Shown here: in pieces, positions 1 through 13,135 of the stretch
Layout of the letters: each line of letters opens with the position of its first letter
Position numbering within the stretch: position 1 is the first letter of the stretch
Source of the DNA: Perkinsus chesapeaki ATCC PRA-425
Taxonomy: Eukaryota > Protista > Perkinsozoa
Length of the DNA: 63,976 bases
Direction: 5' to 3'
NCBI GenBank assembly: GCA_013115145.1
Contig: JAAPAO010000002.1
Span: forward strand, 1 to 63,976
The notes under the pieces: model-generated
The model's database searches: none
Seen by the model: only the letters and a program-made list of their open reading frames with translations
Told to the model about the DNA's origin: nothing
Program-made: the position numbers and the translations under genes

Positions 1-1069
1 TATGATTCAGAAGAGTCAGCCTGAACGTCATACGGTGATACATGCACTTCTGGCTGTCTCAGTGCGAGACTGTCAATCACTAGCCGGCCAAACACGAGAC
101 TATTAGGGACTATTATATTAGGGATTGAAAAGTTTTGGTGATCAACCTTTTGCATTCACGAACGTAACCTCAATCTCACGGAAGTAGACTGATGGCAGTA
201 AAATGATGCAATCGACAACATATGACATATCGGATTCGCAGCAAGCCTACACCACAGGGTGGATCCGTGATGGTGCACTGAGGGCCCCTGAGCTTCCGTT
301 TACTTCAAAATTCACGAAATCGGTCGAGGCTTTTACTAATTTTTCGCGGGATATAGAAATTTGATCTGTGATATATCAATTCGGTCTGGGTTTTTAGTGA
401 TTCGGTCTGGACTATACTAATTTGATCTTGAAATGGTGTAGGTAAATGTGTGATAAATGAGGAAGGAATCCGAAGGCCAATAGTCGCCTCACCACCTCCA
501 AGTTGGAATACCGTATTGGTATCTTGTGTAGCCTAAATGCATTTAGGTAAAATTCAGCCTCGTGACTTGAGAAACTGTACTTGCGAAATTACTCCACTCA
601 TGGTCGTTTCGAGCTGTAATTCAGAGCAGCGACATCGCCGCAAAGACTTGGATATGATATATAGGAGCACCCTCTATACAAGACAGCCAACATACATACA
701 GGAACATAGCCTGTTTGTTTATACCTCCGAATCAGTTGTTTCGGGAGAAGTGGCATCAGTATGGTAGTTGCAACCGTTTACTGCTAGCAACAATTGTGAG
801 TCGATGTTGTGCATTCTGCCGGGTAAACGTATCTTCTAACATCTTACACTCTTTAATCTCAGGCTCCCAGGTTCGCGCCAGCGATTATCAGCCAGCCATT
901 CTCAAGCCTAGATCTCGTACGATGCAGTCATCCCAATTACGCGAGAACTGTTTACAACACAACAGGCAAGCGAACCGCGAACGAATGGCAAACAACAACC
1001 TGCCTAAATGTTTCATCCTGAGGGGTACTAGGTAGTCTTCTCGGCCAGCAAAAATGATCACCACCGATG

Positions 1070-2682
1070 TTATACTTCAAACATGGCCTCTTCATGTGCC
1101 TCGCCTGTACTGCCCTTCCTCCTCCTCATAGCTGTTCTACCCGCGGAGGACGTATCTACAGATATGCGTGTGCTCGTGATAACCAATGCGCATCTCGATC
1201 GTGGGGTTCCAAGACTGGTCCCGAAAAGGCAACTCAAGCCTATGCCCCTCATTTGTTACCGTAGCCCGAGCTACTGCCCATGACTCTCATTTCAACCTTC
1301 TCGGATAAGTCATTCACTTTCTCGTCAACCGCCAGGACGATCGTGCGGAGACATGATGATCCTCTAAAGCGGTATCTAACCAGATGCAAAACTTAGTCGG
1401 AGTTTTTGCGCTTTTCAAGTTCACAAAGTCGACAGAAAACAACTCTACAACCTACGCAATGTAGTCCAGAAAAAAAATGATCTCTATTAAACCCCCTATC
1501 CATGAATTAAGATCAGAATATCGACGGCCAAGGTTAATCTTCTTATACATCCAGTTGAATGCATAGAACACCCGATAACCACCAACGCATAGGATAAACG
1601 TACCTAACTATAATACATTCACCGATCTTGAAATTTGCAGATGCGACTATCCCAATGCGTTAGAGTTCTCGAATCTAGCCTTTGAACGTACTGACTCCGC
1701 AGTCCTTATTCCCCTTATCTCTATAAGAGAAGACATATTGCGGAACCTAAAACAATCTGGATCCTTGACATCGAGACAAGGTAAGAGCAACACCAGTCCT
1801 GCATTGGAAAACGTAAATGAGTCGGCCAGAGATTACCATAGCAAATCCTTCGAGGAGTTGCGAAAATGTCCACAAAACTTCAAGTACCGTGAAGCTTTTA
1901 GCTGTCAGAAGAGCCAGGACTGCGCACTGAGCCAAAAAACACTCAGTCTACAGATTGCCGGCAAACAGAATTTCCCACCAGCCCAATAATAGCCACCAGG
2001 TTGCACGTATCCTTATTCTGCTCCCAGCTGCTACGCCACCTCCGAAAGAAATAACAAACTATCGCAGATGTTACTATGTACCTACGCACGCTTGTTGCCA
2101 CACAACCAACCAGCGAACTATCAGCTATTCAGATGTGCTCAACCACGATGGCAAGCCGCCCATTCACTACGTTATCTTGAACAAAACCAAGTACGCCCTT
2201 TGATTATGTTCGAACAAGTCTAGATATCGACAGGTGAAGGTTGTTAAATACCTAACAATAAAAATGAACCTCGTAAAACCCTTCATTAGCTCTTCCGGGT
2301 ATGTACGCCCATGCGAAAGAAGAACTCCCATTCAGATTACAGTATTTGTGTGCCGTAACTGAATCCTGCGCAAGACTGGTTCCTATATAGTGTAAAGCAC
2401 AACACAATTATCCCAAATAGATGGAGGTAGTCACCTAAAACCAAGACCACGAGATGTATACTTGCGAGTCCAGCGAAATAGAGCAAAGCCGAAGATATAC
2501 AATAGAGCTCCACTAGAGTCCCCTAGCATGGAGGACAAGTAGTATATTCGTGATGTTAGCTATGCCACGAATCTAGCTAACAGCAGATGGGGTCCTCACC
2601 AATGTATCTGAATATGTTCCAACTGTATTGTGAGACTGTTTTCGCGAGATGCTGGAAATCTTCTTTGCCGTGCAACTTAGAC
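1070..2682 (-). CDS. ERD2: ER lumen protein-retaining (KDEL/HDEL) receptor family protein, multi-exon; 5' end unresolved
   Basis: Spliced exons read WNIFRYIG|DYLHLFGIIVLCFTLYRNQSCAGFSYGTQIL, FTCRYLDLFEHNQRAYLVLFKIT, SFTVLEVLWTFSQLLEGFAM|VPQYVFSYRD and VGGYRVFYAFNWMYKK. These match ERD2 motifs (FRxxGDxxH, SCAGxS, RYLDLF, LWTFSxxLE, YRxxYxxNW) in the right order. Confidence 0.85.
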
Positions 2683-3489
2683 CTGAAGCGGGGCAATAAC
2701 GTGCGCGTCAACGGGTTAATATTCCACTATTTATGATTCATACTTTCAGGTGAAACGACGCACGCGGGAGATCAAACCACTTAAAGAACATATTTTAAAC
2801 ATGTTTAGCCGATTTATCACAACCACATTCTGAGATAGCCGCAACATTCTAATAGTTCCGCAGTCATACTCAGTTTTTACTACATAGAATCCCCGAATTC
2901 GTCCACTGCGTCCACGGCTGGTTCCATTGCGGAAATGAATCTAACTTCAACTGAACTCTCCTAACTGTCTTGGAGAGTCCCCCCCCAATTAACAACCAAA
3001 TAAAAAGATAATCAAAGAAGTGGGCATCTGAACCAAATGTAAATCGTTGCGGAGTTAACCATGCAATGTGCTTGAGTCCATCTCTTCCACACAAGAAAAA
3101 ACTAGCCAAGTCATTCACGGGGCTGAAATTAATGTGTATTGAATAAGCCTATGCAATTTGCAATCCTAATACAAGCCTGTACCATCGGCCAGAAAGCGTT
3201 AGTTGAGGCCCTCAACTTGAGGACAAAGACACCTTTTTTCACTCAGACAAAAAAACGAAACGTCACTAAGAAATATCTAGTACTATGTAGTCATCTTCTG
3301 GTCATCTTCCTGCTACTTTTGTTCCTAACGATTGCAATGAAAGAACGAGCAAAAATTTCGCGGAGTTTGACTCTATGAGACTCGCATTCCCGATCGAAGA
3401 AAAAGCTGATTAAAGTCATTGCTGATACACCAACATATTATTGCAATACGCCATAACACATCAACGAGGTATGCCGCTGAATATTTCAT

Positions 3490-5450
3490 TGTACTTGCCT
3501 TCCTGCAATTTGCAGTAACCAAATGTCGAGCGCGCGCCCTGCATCCAAGGTTCGCCAAATACAGTCGATAACCTGTTCAATCGTTTCTTCGAAGAAATGC
3601 TGTCAGTGGCTGAGAAATAGTTACAGAATTGAGCTCTTAGTTCCTTAAATACGGGTTTGCAGGTGATGTTGAGTTCTCGAAACGGATTCTTGGCTTTTTT
3701 GGTACCAGAGAGAACCCTGAGCCTCGCATTACTCTTCTGTTTTCTCTGTTTGTCGCTTTGCAGTTGCCTTGGGAATATTTATGACTCGTGCAGGGTCGGG
3801 ATTGCCGCAAAAGTATATTGGATACCATGCGAAGTAGATTACACATGCTTTTGTTAGGCCCCGTAGGCCAGATGTGAAAGGTTCTCACAAGACCAGTGTG
3901 TGCGGGGTTGGCTGTTGCCCTGGGCACAAGGACGAGGTATTCATTGCTCGACGGTGAGTACGCCCCGTTGACTTGCTGAGGGTTTGCATTGAGTTCGCCC
4001 AGATTCTCGGGGCCAGTGCGATTCGATGGGCTGGTCCTGGAGGCAGGAAAAGAGTGAGATGGGTTAGGCCAGCGGTTGGAACGTAGCTGAGTTAACTGTG
4101 ATTTACTCTAGCGGAGTTATAGAGTACTCACAGTAACCCTGGATTTACCGGAGAAGGCTACCGTCGGTCTCCGCCTTCCAGCAACGCTCCAACAGTTCAA
4201 GCTCTCGTCTTTCGTTCAGGAATCACTCGGTTTCATTCCAAACCAATTTACCGATACTTGTCACGGGTTTTGAAATGTTCACAAGCCGCACGAGTAAGGT
4301 ACGTCCGGGAACATACGGCTTCTGTTTGGTTATTGCTGCGACGCGGCTACCTTTCTGGACTCGCACGTTCAACATGGTGGCTTTTACGAGGTATTGGTGG
4401 CGCTCATTACCAGGATCAGCTAGCGTGACCATCAATTTTGTGAATGGTCCACACTATTAGATTATCTGGCTCTCGCGCAGCATAACAATAATGCAGCGTT
4501 ACTAACGCTGGCAGGCGCTCTGCTTTGGATTCACCCGCTTTTGCAGGTCCCGCTCGAATTCACCTTGGTCGAAGGGGCGGGCATTGTTGGACGAGTTCTT
4601 GCAAAGGGAAAGAGTAATCCAGGCCCTAAATGCATGTATCTGTAGCCATCATGTGTTTTTATCTATATGTGTTATCTTTAAGCTAATAATTGCGTGTCTA
4701 TCAAGCAGGTCTACATAAAATTGCGCCTGTTACCTCAGCTTCTTTGGGCAAAAGCAAGTCGAAGCTCAGACCTACAAAGAAGTTATATTTGAAAAAACCT
4801 ATCGCAGTGTCGGAGAATAGTTGGTATTCGTTGAATGTGGAATATCTAATTGACGATGCGAATGTGAGACACACTCTGTTCCAGAAGTTCTTGACCCCAG
4901 GAACCCTTGTTTTTAGGGTGCACATCGGCCTTTTTCGATAGCATGTGGAAGTTCAGGGGAGAGGTTCGTTACGGAAGTAAGGAAGTTCACCGATAATATG
5001 CAAAGGCTTGCATGACCACTCCACCTCACCAATCAGCTCTTACATCGCTTTGTCCAGGGCGGGGTGACCTTCACTTTCATGGGAGGCCTGGAGTCCCACG
5101 AGTCGACGGATGTTTCGAAGGGACAAATCCCTGGTGTATTGTTCATGCAAGATGAAACGACAGAGACAATGGTCAAGGCACGGTTTTGGGACTGCTGTAT
5201 CGCAGGTATTCTTTTATTATCTCAGAGTACGGAATACGAACATCTACGATCTGCGTCCGCACCTAATCGGGATCATCTGTATCTTATACAAAAGCAAGTA
5301 TGTCTGACTTTGCCGCGGTAGCCTATCAGGCTCAGCTCAGTATCTTGGACTGTCTGCCTTTTTACTTTTTATTCTGTACGTCCAGTCAAATATCGTTTAC
5401 TATATTCTCAGGCTACGATGTGCCCGCCGTTTCAACCCCATGGACATAAA
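3490..5450 (+). CDS. Probable BTB/BACK-PHR domain protein (BTBD1/2/3/6-like), multi-exon; boundaries approximate
   Basis: Exon HSVSFQTNLPILVTGFEMF and exon GGVTFTFMGGLESHESTDVSKGQIPGVLF resemble the start and end of a PHR domain (GQIPxxxF). Upstream FLKYGFAGDVEF and AAKVYWIPC are BTB-like. Exons are flanked by GT-AG. Confidence 0.5.
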
Positions 5451-5930
5451 GGGTAAAAATGATGCTCATCCTCGCTTTTTCAGTGCTGTGTAATAAACTT
5501 GCACACATTAGGGGTCGTCCTTAGGTACAGTGCCGATCGCGATATTTGAAGGAGCCTGAGTGTCCTGGATACATGTGTCATTTTTTGTATAGGAGGTTCT
5601 TTTCGGTATTAAGTATTCCATTAAGTAGTTTGTATCCTATATGAATCATTGCTTTCAACTAATTCGCTATCTGACCCTTGTGAGCGTGCTGTGGAGTTTT
5701 CAAAAGACTGTATCAGCTGCTGCTTCTGTGTAAGCTCGAGCTTTCACCCTAAATTGCTTGAAAGACATCTAGATCGTTGGTTATGAAGCCTTCATTATGA
5801 AGGATGCATGAGCATGATCATCACATTGGTTTAAACTCGCCTTGAGTTGAGAAGAATACATCCGTTTTCGATGTGCCCTGTGAAGCAGCTTATAGTACGT
5901 ACTGGTTTGAATCCTTTTCATGAGCTCTGA

Positions 5931-7148
5931 TTTCAAACTGTTCGTCGGAAACTTGCCACCGGACACTACGGAAGAAGAATTGTACTCACGATTCAAAGAA
6001 TATGGTAGTATGGCGGTTACACTCTCTCAGTCGATCGTTCTTTAGTCGAGGCGTGTCTTAATTTAGGGACTATCAACGAAGTTTATCTGATGTCGGGGGG
6101 TCGGTCTAGGAGTGGGCAGAGTTCTGCTTTCGTCAAATATTACGACACAGGTAGTCTGCCTGAGTCTCACATGGCAATGTTTTCTCCATCGCAGAATCTT
6201 GTGAGCGAGCAATAGCGGGAATGCATATGGTCGGCAAGCTGAGACCCCAGGATCGGGATGCGGTTGTAGTGAAGTAAGAAGGATATAGTTCCGTCACCAA
6301 TAAGAGTAACTGTTGCAGGTACGCGAAATCACAAGCACGACGATCGGCGCCGTATATGCATACCCCAGGCCCTCCCGCGCCTAGTGGACTGGGTAACAGA
6401 CCTCATCACACCCCTTCCCAACCGACACATACTGCTGGTTGCAAACTGTTTGTGGGAGGGTTGCCCGATTTTGTAAGCCCTATCGCTCATAGATTTGTAC
6501 TATAAGGATGGTTTAATTCACTTTGGTGTAGGTCGACCGTGATGATTTGATAGCAATTTTTTGCCCCTTCGGGCACGTTGAATCAGTGCACCTTATGCAA
6601 GGCAAGAGCAAGAGTGGGCAGGCGTGTGCCTTCATAACGTATCGGCGTTCCCACTAACCTAGTCGTAGCTCTTTTACCAGGTACCAGATTCCTGGGCCCG
6701 CAGAAGTGGCAATCCGGGAACTCAATGGTCGATACAGAATGGAAGAGAGCTCAGTTATATCTGTTCGGTACGATTCGCAGTTTGGTTTGATGTTCATTGA
6801 ATCCTTGCACTACGGCTGCGACGATTGCTTCTTACGAGTTTAGCTACACTGGCTGCTGGCATCTTTCGGTCCATTATCAGATTCGCTGACTCCGACTCAA
6901 CAGCTGCACGTGCTGTATCTGAAGCAAAGAGAATGAGGCGGAGTATGCAGCAACGTCAACACTATGGTCATGATTCCAACAAACAGCACGGTTATCGTAG
7001 TCCACCATCCTCCGAGCGCTATCAAATGCAGAACCCCACTGCTGATAGAGGGCTGGGGGATGCAGTAGCTGCAGCTACCCGAGCGGCCAGTGTTGTCCTC
7101 CAGAACAGTACAAAGCATCCCCAACAAATGACCACCATGTGCTTTTAA
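5931..7148 (+). CDS. RNA-binding protein with two RRM domains (CELF/Bruno-like); start codon unresolved upstream
   Basis: RNP2 motifs FKLFVGNLPPDTTEEEL (5933-) and CKLFVGGLPDF (~6440). RNP1-like GQSSAFVKY and GQACAFITY. Low-complexity C-terminal exon ends at 7148. Confidence 0.85.
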
Positions 7149-7413
7149 TAGGTGAATGAGTGGAGTCAAGCAACTCGTCAGCGACCACGCCGAGTAACGT
7201 AGAGGCTCGATGGGAGCAGATCGTGATCGCTATCACTGCTTTTGCTATCGGAGTAGCTCTGAGAATGACTTATGATTGCATATTATACCATTGATGTTGG
7301 ATGCTTGCCTAATGGCGATTGATTGTCTCTGTGTACCTGATTGTTGTGACATTGGTGTGTAATATTTCGATTATTGCTTCTCTTACCTTTCAAAGCAGAT
7401 AGGCTTCTTCTGA

Positions 7414-9010
7414 ATGTCTGATATTCCTGCCCCAGAATTCAACGACCCAAAGCAAGTAGCTGCCTACAATGCGAGGGTCATGGCCGCAATGCAGGCAGAA
7501 GAAGAAGAGTTTTGGGCAAACTATCCTGAAAAGACCGACCTTCCTACTTGGACTGATGAAGAGATGGAGGCACATCCGCTTTACATGACACACACTCCAA
7601 CAGATGAAGAAATGAGAACTAATCCAAACCTTCTAGCGTTGGAGGTACGCTTTGGGCTGTCATGATTCATTAGGGCTATGAGTGTACTACGTGTAGCTAT
7701 CAGCATAATATGATAAATATTTGAGGATCGTCTGGAATCTAATCCCTCGTACTGAGGAAATGCGCGTGAACTCGAGGGTCCCACGAGAATTCATTGTTTT
7801 CAGAGTATAATAGAAGAGACCCCTCCGAAAGAACGATGTGAGAATTTCAAGGAAAGAGGGAACGAGCAAATGAAAGGGGGACTGTTGGATGGTGCTGTCA
7901 ACGCTTATACTAATGCCTTAGCAGTTCACAGTGGGGATTCCAAGTTGGATGCTACAGTTATACTTCAACCAATCGACCGCTCGAAATGTTCATTATGTAT
8001 CTAAGGTCCATTCCAACAGAGCACAGGCTTACCTCAAGCAGGGAAAATATATACAATGCATCTCTGATGCTCAGCAAGCTTTGTCTTTGGACCCCACCCA
8101 GATCAAGGCAGCCTACCGTGGAGCAGTGGGTTGCTTGAAGCTTCAGCTCTATGCACGAGCAGCCAAGTATTACTTCTTGAGAATGATAGTGTTAAGATGC
8201 TTTATGCGACAGATTCGCTCGTTGCGGACTAAAGATCGACCCTGACTCAAAAGATCTATCCAACGTTATGGGAGAAGCAATCGAGGAACTCAAGAAAGCT
8301 CGTACTCAACGTGAGCAACAGAAGCTTGAAGAACATGGCGAAACGGCTGAGGTAGACTCGGCGCTTAAGGTACTACCGCAGGTTAGTTCTACGTCTGAAG
8401 TGCAGTGCGAGCTTACTGATTTTAGGATCGATCGATATCCATAGGGCCGCTCATATATGACTTTTGCAGCCAGTATGGATCATGCACTCCTGTCGTGGAG
8501 CATTCTACCGGGCTCCTTCTATGGCCGATCTTGTTTCTGTATGATTCTGTCATGCAGACAGATTGGCAAAAAGCCGTTCGGGAAGATATAAAGTTGAAGG
8601 AAATCGCCAAGGACATGTTCCCAAATAAAGGGTGTGTCCCGTGGGATACCAAGAAAGAGTAAGTGCCTCCTAGAATCAATGGTCTTAATGGTAAATGCGA
8701 ATGGTATTTGAAGCACTTAATCATTGTCTAACAGGTTCGTCTATAATAATTTCCAAGCGTACTTGGAGTGCTACGCGGACTCCAGCAATGACCGTGTAGT
8801 CATGCTTAGACTGAATACACTCAACGTAAAGCTGGGAAAGATCTTACGTGGAAGGTGGGGGAGTAGTACTTCCGTCCTCAGTTGTCTCCACCATGTTACT
8901 TCAGGCGACTAGTGGGAATGGCAGTTTTTCATTTTATACCCAAAACTGACGGCATGACAATAAAGCGGTTTGAAGAAGAGAATCAAATAGAGCTTTTCCA
9001 GGATAACTAG
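7414..9010 (+). CDS. TTC4: TPR co-chaperone of the TTC4/Cns1/Dpit47 family, multi-exon
   Basis: HPLYMTHTP N-terminal motif, then TPRs CENFKERGNEQMK...AVNAYTNAL and VHSNRAQAYLKQGKYIQCISDAQQALSLDPTQIKAAYRGA. Stop at 9008-9010 after IELFQDN. Confidence 0.82.
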
Positions 9011-9172
9011 ATCCATTCTATTACAGTTGCTATCCTACGTTGTTCATCACTGCTTGCATCATATGTCTAGGTTTCTTCGACTAGAAATACCTTCAGTTTG
9101 TTAATTAATACTAATGAACACAAATCCGCGGATTTACAGGTTGGTCCTGTTTACGTAATACCGATCGTGACG

Positions 9173-12100
9173 ATGGTAACACCTATTTCTCTTCCATCCC
9201 AACGAGAGCGCTTGCTTGCCTACGCCCGATCACAAAGTCAAAGCGCGCGGGGTACAATTAGTTGCGAGAGTATGCTTATCCAGCTCATTTTGTAGATAAA
9301 ACGCCGGAGGTGAACAGTCAGAGCCCCGAAAGAGAGCGCCTTCTTCGACTTGCGAGGAACCAGAAGTTGATGAAGACAGCGGAGGGTAAATCTAAACCAA
9401 CTATTTGTCTGTTAAGCATACTCACTAGATTCCATGTCTTTCAAAAATGAGCCGCACTCTTCCATCGCGGATCATCGCCGTCAACAGCTTCTGGCTCTGG
9501 CTAGGCAGCAAAGCAAGCCGACAGCGAACTGTGAGAGTGATATAAACCCATGTATAAATATCGATAGGCTATGGACTATAGCTTCGGCCGACTTCTGCGG
9601 AGGCACTATTTTCTGCCACCTTCAGGTAAGGCTCAAACTGAGGCAGATATAGGCCCTATTTATTCGGAGGGCGATTGCACTAGAGCTGGGGAGCAGGCAT
9701 CTGTGACAGCCGCAAGAAGCAGGGGGAGTAGGTGAACTTGCATAACCTACGTGAGTCATTTTTTCAGACACAGAAAGGCCGACCATTGAAGTTGTCTCGG
9801 AAACCACGAAAACCCCGGAAAATCCAGAGGAGATCCTCGGGGATCATGTGGACCGGCTACACAACCTGGTCAAGATGTATGACAACCTGAGAGATAAGAG
9901 ATCGATTCTTGAAGGATATTACAAGGCTATCCTGGCTACGGAGCGAGGAACTGTCAAGCAAGGGCGTGATGACAGTCTTATTTGGCAGTCCTTGTTGATA
10001 TCAAATACAACAAATGATAACAAATTTGAGTGGGCTGGAGGGGGCGTACTCTCACCGAGATGTAAAAGTCCGTCCTGGAGCACGAAACACACCGAGAAGC
10101 CTGCGGATTTCTCGGGTGGGAACTCGGGGGATGCTTTCGATCCGAAGTTATCCCAAACTAGCACCGCCCCCGTTGTACGGCCTCCAAGGGCCAACAAGTT
10201 TGATAGTACCCCCTCGCAACAATCAGAGACCCCGAAGGAACAAACAGAGCGAGGGGTGAGTCAGTTGTTTCTGAGTCGTCGACATGCGGCTCGTTCCGTA
10301 CCGCCGGAAGTGGTACAAATGCAGCAGAATCCTAAATCTTCAAAACCCCATTCAGCGAGCAAAACGAAAGCTGATATATTTGAACCAGAGCGCGGCTTAC
10401 CTATGGGTGAAGAAGGAGAAGAAACAGGGTATCGGACTTTTACTGGGTGGCTCCACGATTTTTTTGGTGGCAACCATGCTGATCCGCCGATATCCACAGC
10501 GCGCTCCATTGATGTTATGTCAGCGAGTGAAATACAAAATGTTGAGCCCGCGCCTGTTGGTCCTACAGTGGATAATGTGGCGCTTAGAGTGCCCAAACCG
10601 CCATACAAAGAGTTTCGCAAAGTCTATCGGGTGCTTTCGTCACGCCATCGTGCAATGGCTGCTCATGGGCGCTCCGGGGGTCTTTTTAGACCAGATGACA
10701 AGAAAAAAACTGAGAAACAGCAGTGGGAGGATGTGCTCGAGTTTCTGTACTTGGGTTCAAAAAAATCTGACTACTCAGGAAAGCCATCAGAGGCCCTAGA
10801 GTACATTCGGTTCACTATGGACATCATATCCTGTGTTTCCGACAAGCACAGAACAAGGCCGAGATGGTCCGAAATGGTTCTTGACTATGCATTACGGACC
10901 TGTATCAAAATTTATGATACACCGCCTCTTCGAGACAGGATGAGGGGTCAGCTGTCAGTACCTCTATGGAACAGCACTACTTACTTCGTGCTCCCGCATA
11001 CTAATGAACATTCAGTCAATCTAAATGAACAGGTTTTAGCTGTTCTAGCTATGACCGCGACGCGAGAGGGTAAAACGGAGCCCCAGCATGTAGACTTTGT
11101 CTTGAGTATGTGGCCTCCCCGGGATTCGGAGTCCATTCCGACAACTGAACAATGTCTGGTTGTAATCGCGGCTTGTAGAAGTAGTTATCGAAGAGCCGAG
11201 CAGATATTTTGCATCTGCGACGCGCTCGAGCTGTATAGAATTGAGCACGTCAGCGTGCGTGCGATGTTGGCTCTGATAGCTGTGTATTCGACTGCGCTCC
11301 CGATGTCAGCTATTCTAGACGGCGTCCCGTACCCGCTGAAGGATATCCCCAGAGCATATCCCGAAAAGCAAGAGAATGAGGATGAAGCACCTGATCGTGG
11401 AGACTTTCCACACGACGGCCATGACGTACAAGCAGTGTGCCAGCTCCTCGATATTTTCGTTACTAAACGGCAGATCCAAAGCATTGGTCTCGAGTGCTTA
11501 GCAGTTATGGCGAGACTTTCAGACGAGTATGCTACTGAGGTGGCCAGAGCAGCAGGAATGCACACGATTCGACAAGCCTACCGCAGACATGGCAGCGATA
11601 GTGCTTCAATATCTCGTGCAGTGTGCCAAGTGTTACAGGCCATACTTCCAGTAGCTCTTTCTGGGATGCATACGATCTTAGAGGCGATGGATATGACGTT
11701 AGAGATCCTCAGAAAAGTGACTGATGACATATTAGAGATTGCTGGAGACGGATCCGATGTATCAACGCTTCATGCTGATGGCGGCATGGTCCCCCCGGAG
11801 ATAGTTGTAAGGACTATCAACTCATGTCTAGAAGCAAGAAAAGTTATGACGGCTGACCGAGCAATAGTGAGCAGTGACATCTCACGAGACAAAATGGAAG
11901 TGATTGTGAGGTGTTTTGAAGTCCTTGCAGCTTCCACTAATCCTGCAACGGCTACGGAAATGCTTCAAACTTCAGCGGTAATGTGCTTTGGTGAGGGCGA
12001 CGATCGGGTGGAGGCTAATCAATTGAACAGGGAGTTGCTGATCGATACTGGTTACGTAGGAATACCCGTTATTATAGTTAAGAAGTGGTGTAACTTCGGC

Positions 12101-12829
12101 CATAACCCGCGTCTCATGCGTCAAGCTTGCAGAGCAATGCTCTTACTACAATACAGGTCTGCGAATGGGTCCCGGCACCTTGCCAGATTCAAGGTTCATA
12201 TGGTTCTCATAGCAGAGATCCAGCCGAATGCCAAATCTGGTGGTCATAAAGCATTGGCAAGGATCCTAGCATTGTTGGCCGACCTCTGCTCCAGCTCCTC
12301 GTTCACTGATGGGGTAGTGAAACAAGCCCTGAGGGATTATAAAACAAACCCCGTCAAAGGCCAACCAAACTCTAGTCAAACAGTGGCTGATCTGGTCATC
12401 GGGGCCCTCGAGATAATTATTCAGCACGACCCGGAATCGCCCGACGTAGAGTGCCTTTTCCAGGCAGCCAGGCTGCTAGGTTCGCTCACAAGAGCAGAAG
12501 TCCACTCAGATACGGCGAGTGATAGCTCTGTTACTGCCAATGCCCCGCAGGTGGGGACCACCAAAAGCATTTCAGCTGCAACCCCAGAGAGCAGGATGAT
12601 GCGAAGGTTTACCAGAGTACTCGATAGATACCCTCGAGAAGAAAGCTCCGGGGTAGAGCTGTCTTTGATAGTCTGGTGTCTGATAAATCGCCGACACGCC
12701 GACGGCCAAATGGGTCAGGGGAAACTGTCCGACAAAAGGGGAGCGTATCTGTTCAGCATAACCACGAACGACAAGAATGCATATACAGCATGGCAGAATA
12801 GGGGTAACTTGAGTGGCTCATTCCTTTAA
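9173..12829 (+). CDS. Large hypothetical protein with a helical/ARM-like C-terminal region. One ~3 kb exon (about 9768-12829) is preceded by small exons that may be a separate small gene.
   Basis: 993-aa uninterrupted ORF 9848..12829 that stays open upstream to an acceptor at ~9767. ARM-like segments IQSIGLECLAVMA and LMRQACRAMLLL. 5' exons carry a repeated RxxLLxxARxQ motif. Confidence 0.7.
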
Positions 12830-13135
12830 GGACTCAAGCTTTTTTCTCCCCTCCGGAGTGTAGAATCATGTAATAAGTTGACTCGGTGATGTATGAAGTT
12901 ATGTTCCTATTACAAATACTGGACATTGCTGGTTGCGTTATAGTACAGAGGTGGAAGCACTGTGTTACAGAAGCTTGTATGACAAAAGAGCAATTCAAAT
13001 GCCATCAGGCGGATCCATTCTCCATAACTAAACTAGCGATCGGAGATCATGTGAGTTATAAGCACCCTAGCAGAGTGACCATGCTGTGGAGATCGATGAT
13101 TTACACAGTTTTTCAGCGGTGTGCAGTTGGTCATA

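Noticed and set aside
1083-1283. 66-aa ORF with a signal-peptide-like N-terminus
   Set aside because: It overlaps the last exons of the ERD2-like gene on the opposite strand, and the hydrophobic run mirrors the RRRK codons.
2425-2529. Apparent +1 frameshift at an AGGT in the ERD2 N-terminus, reminiscent of Perkinsus mitochondrial AGGY recoding
   Set aside because: A normal GT-AG intron (2435-2599) joins NIFRYIG to DYLHL and gives the canonical ERD2 motif with no frameshift.
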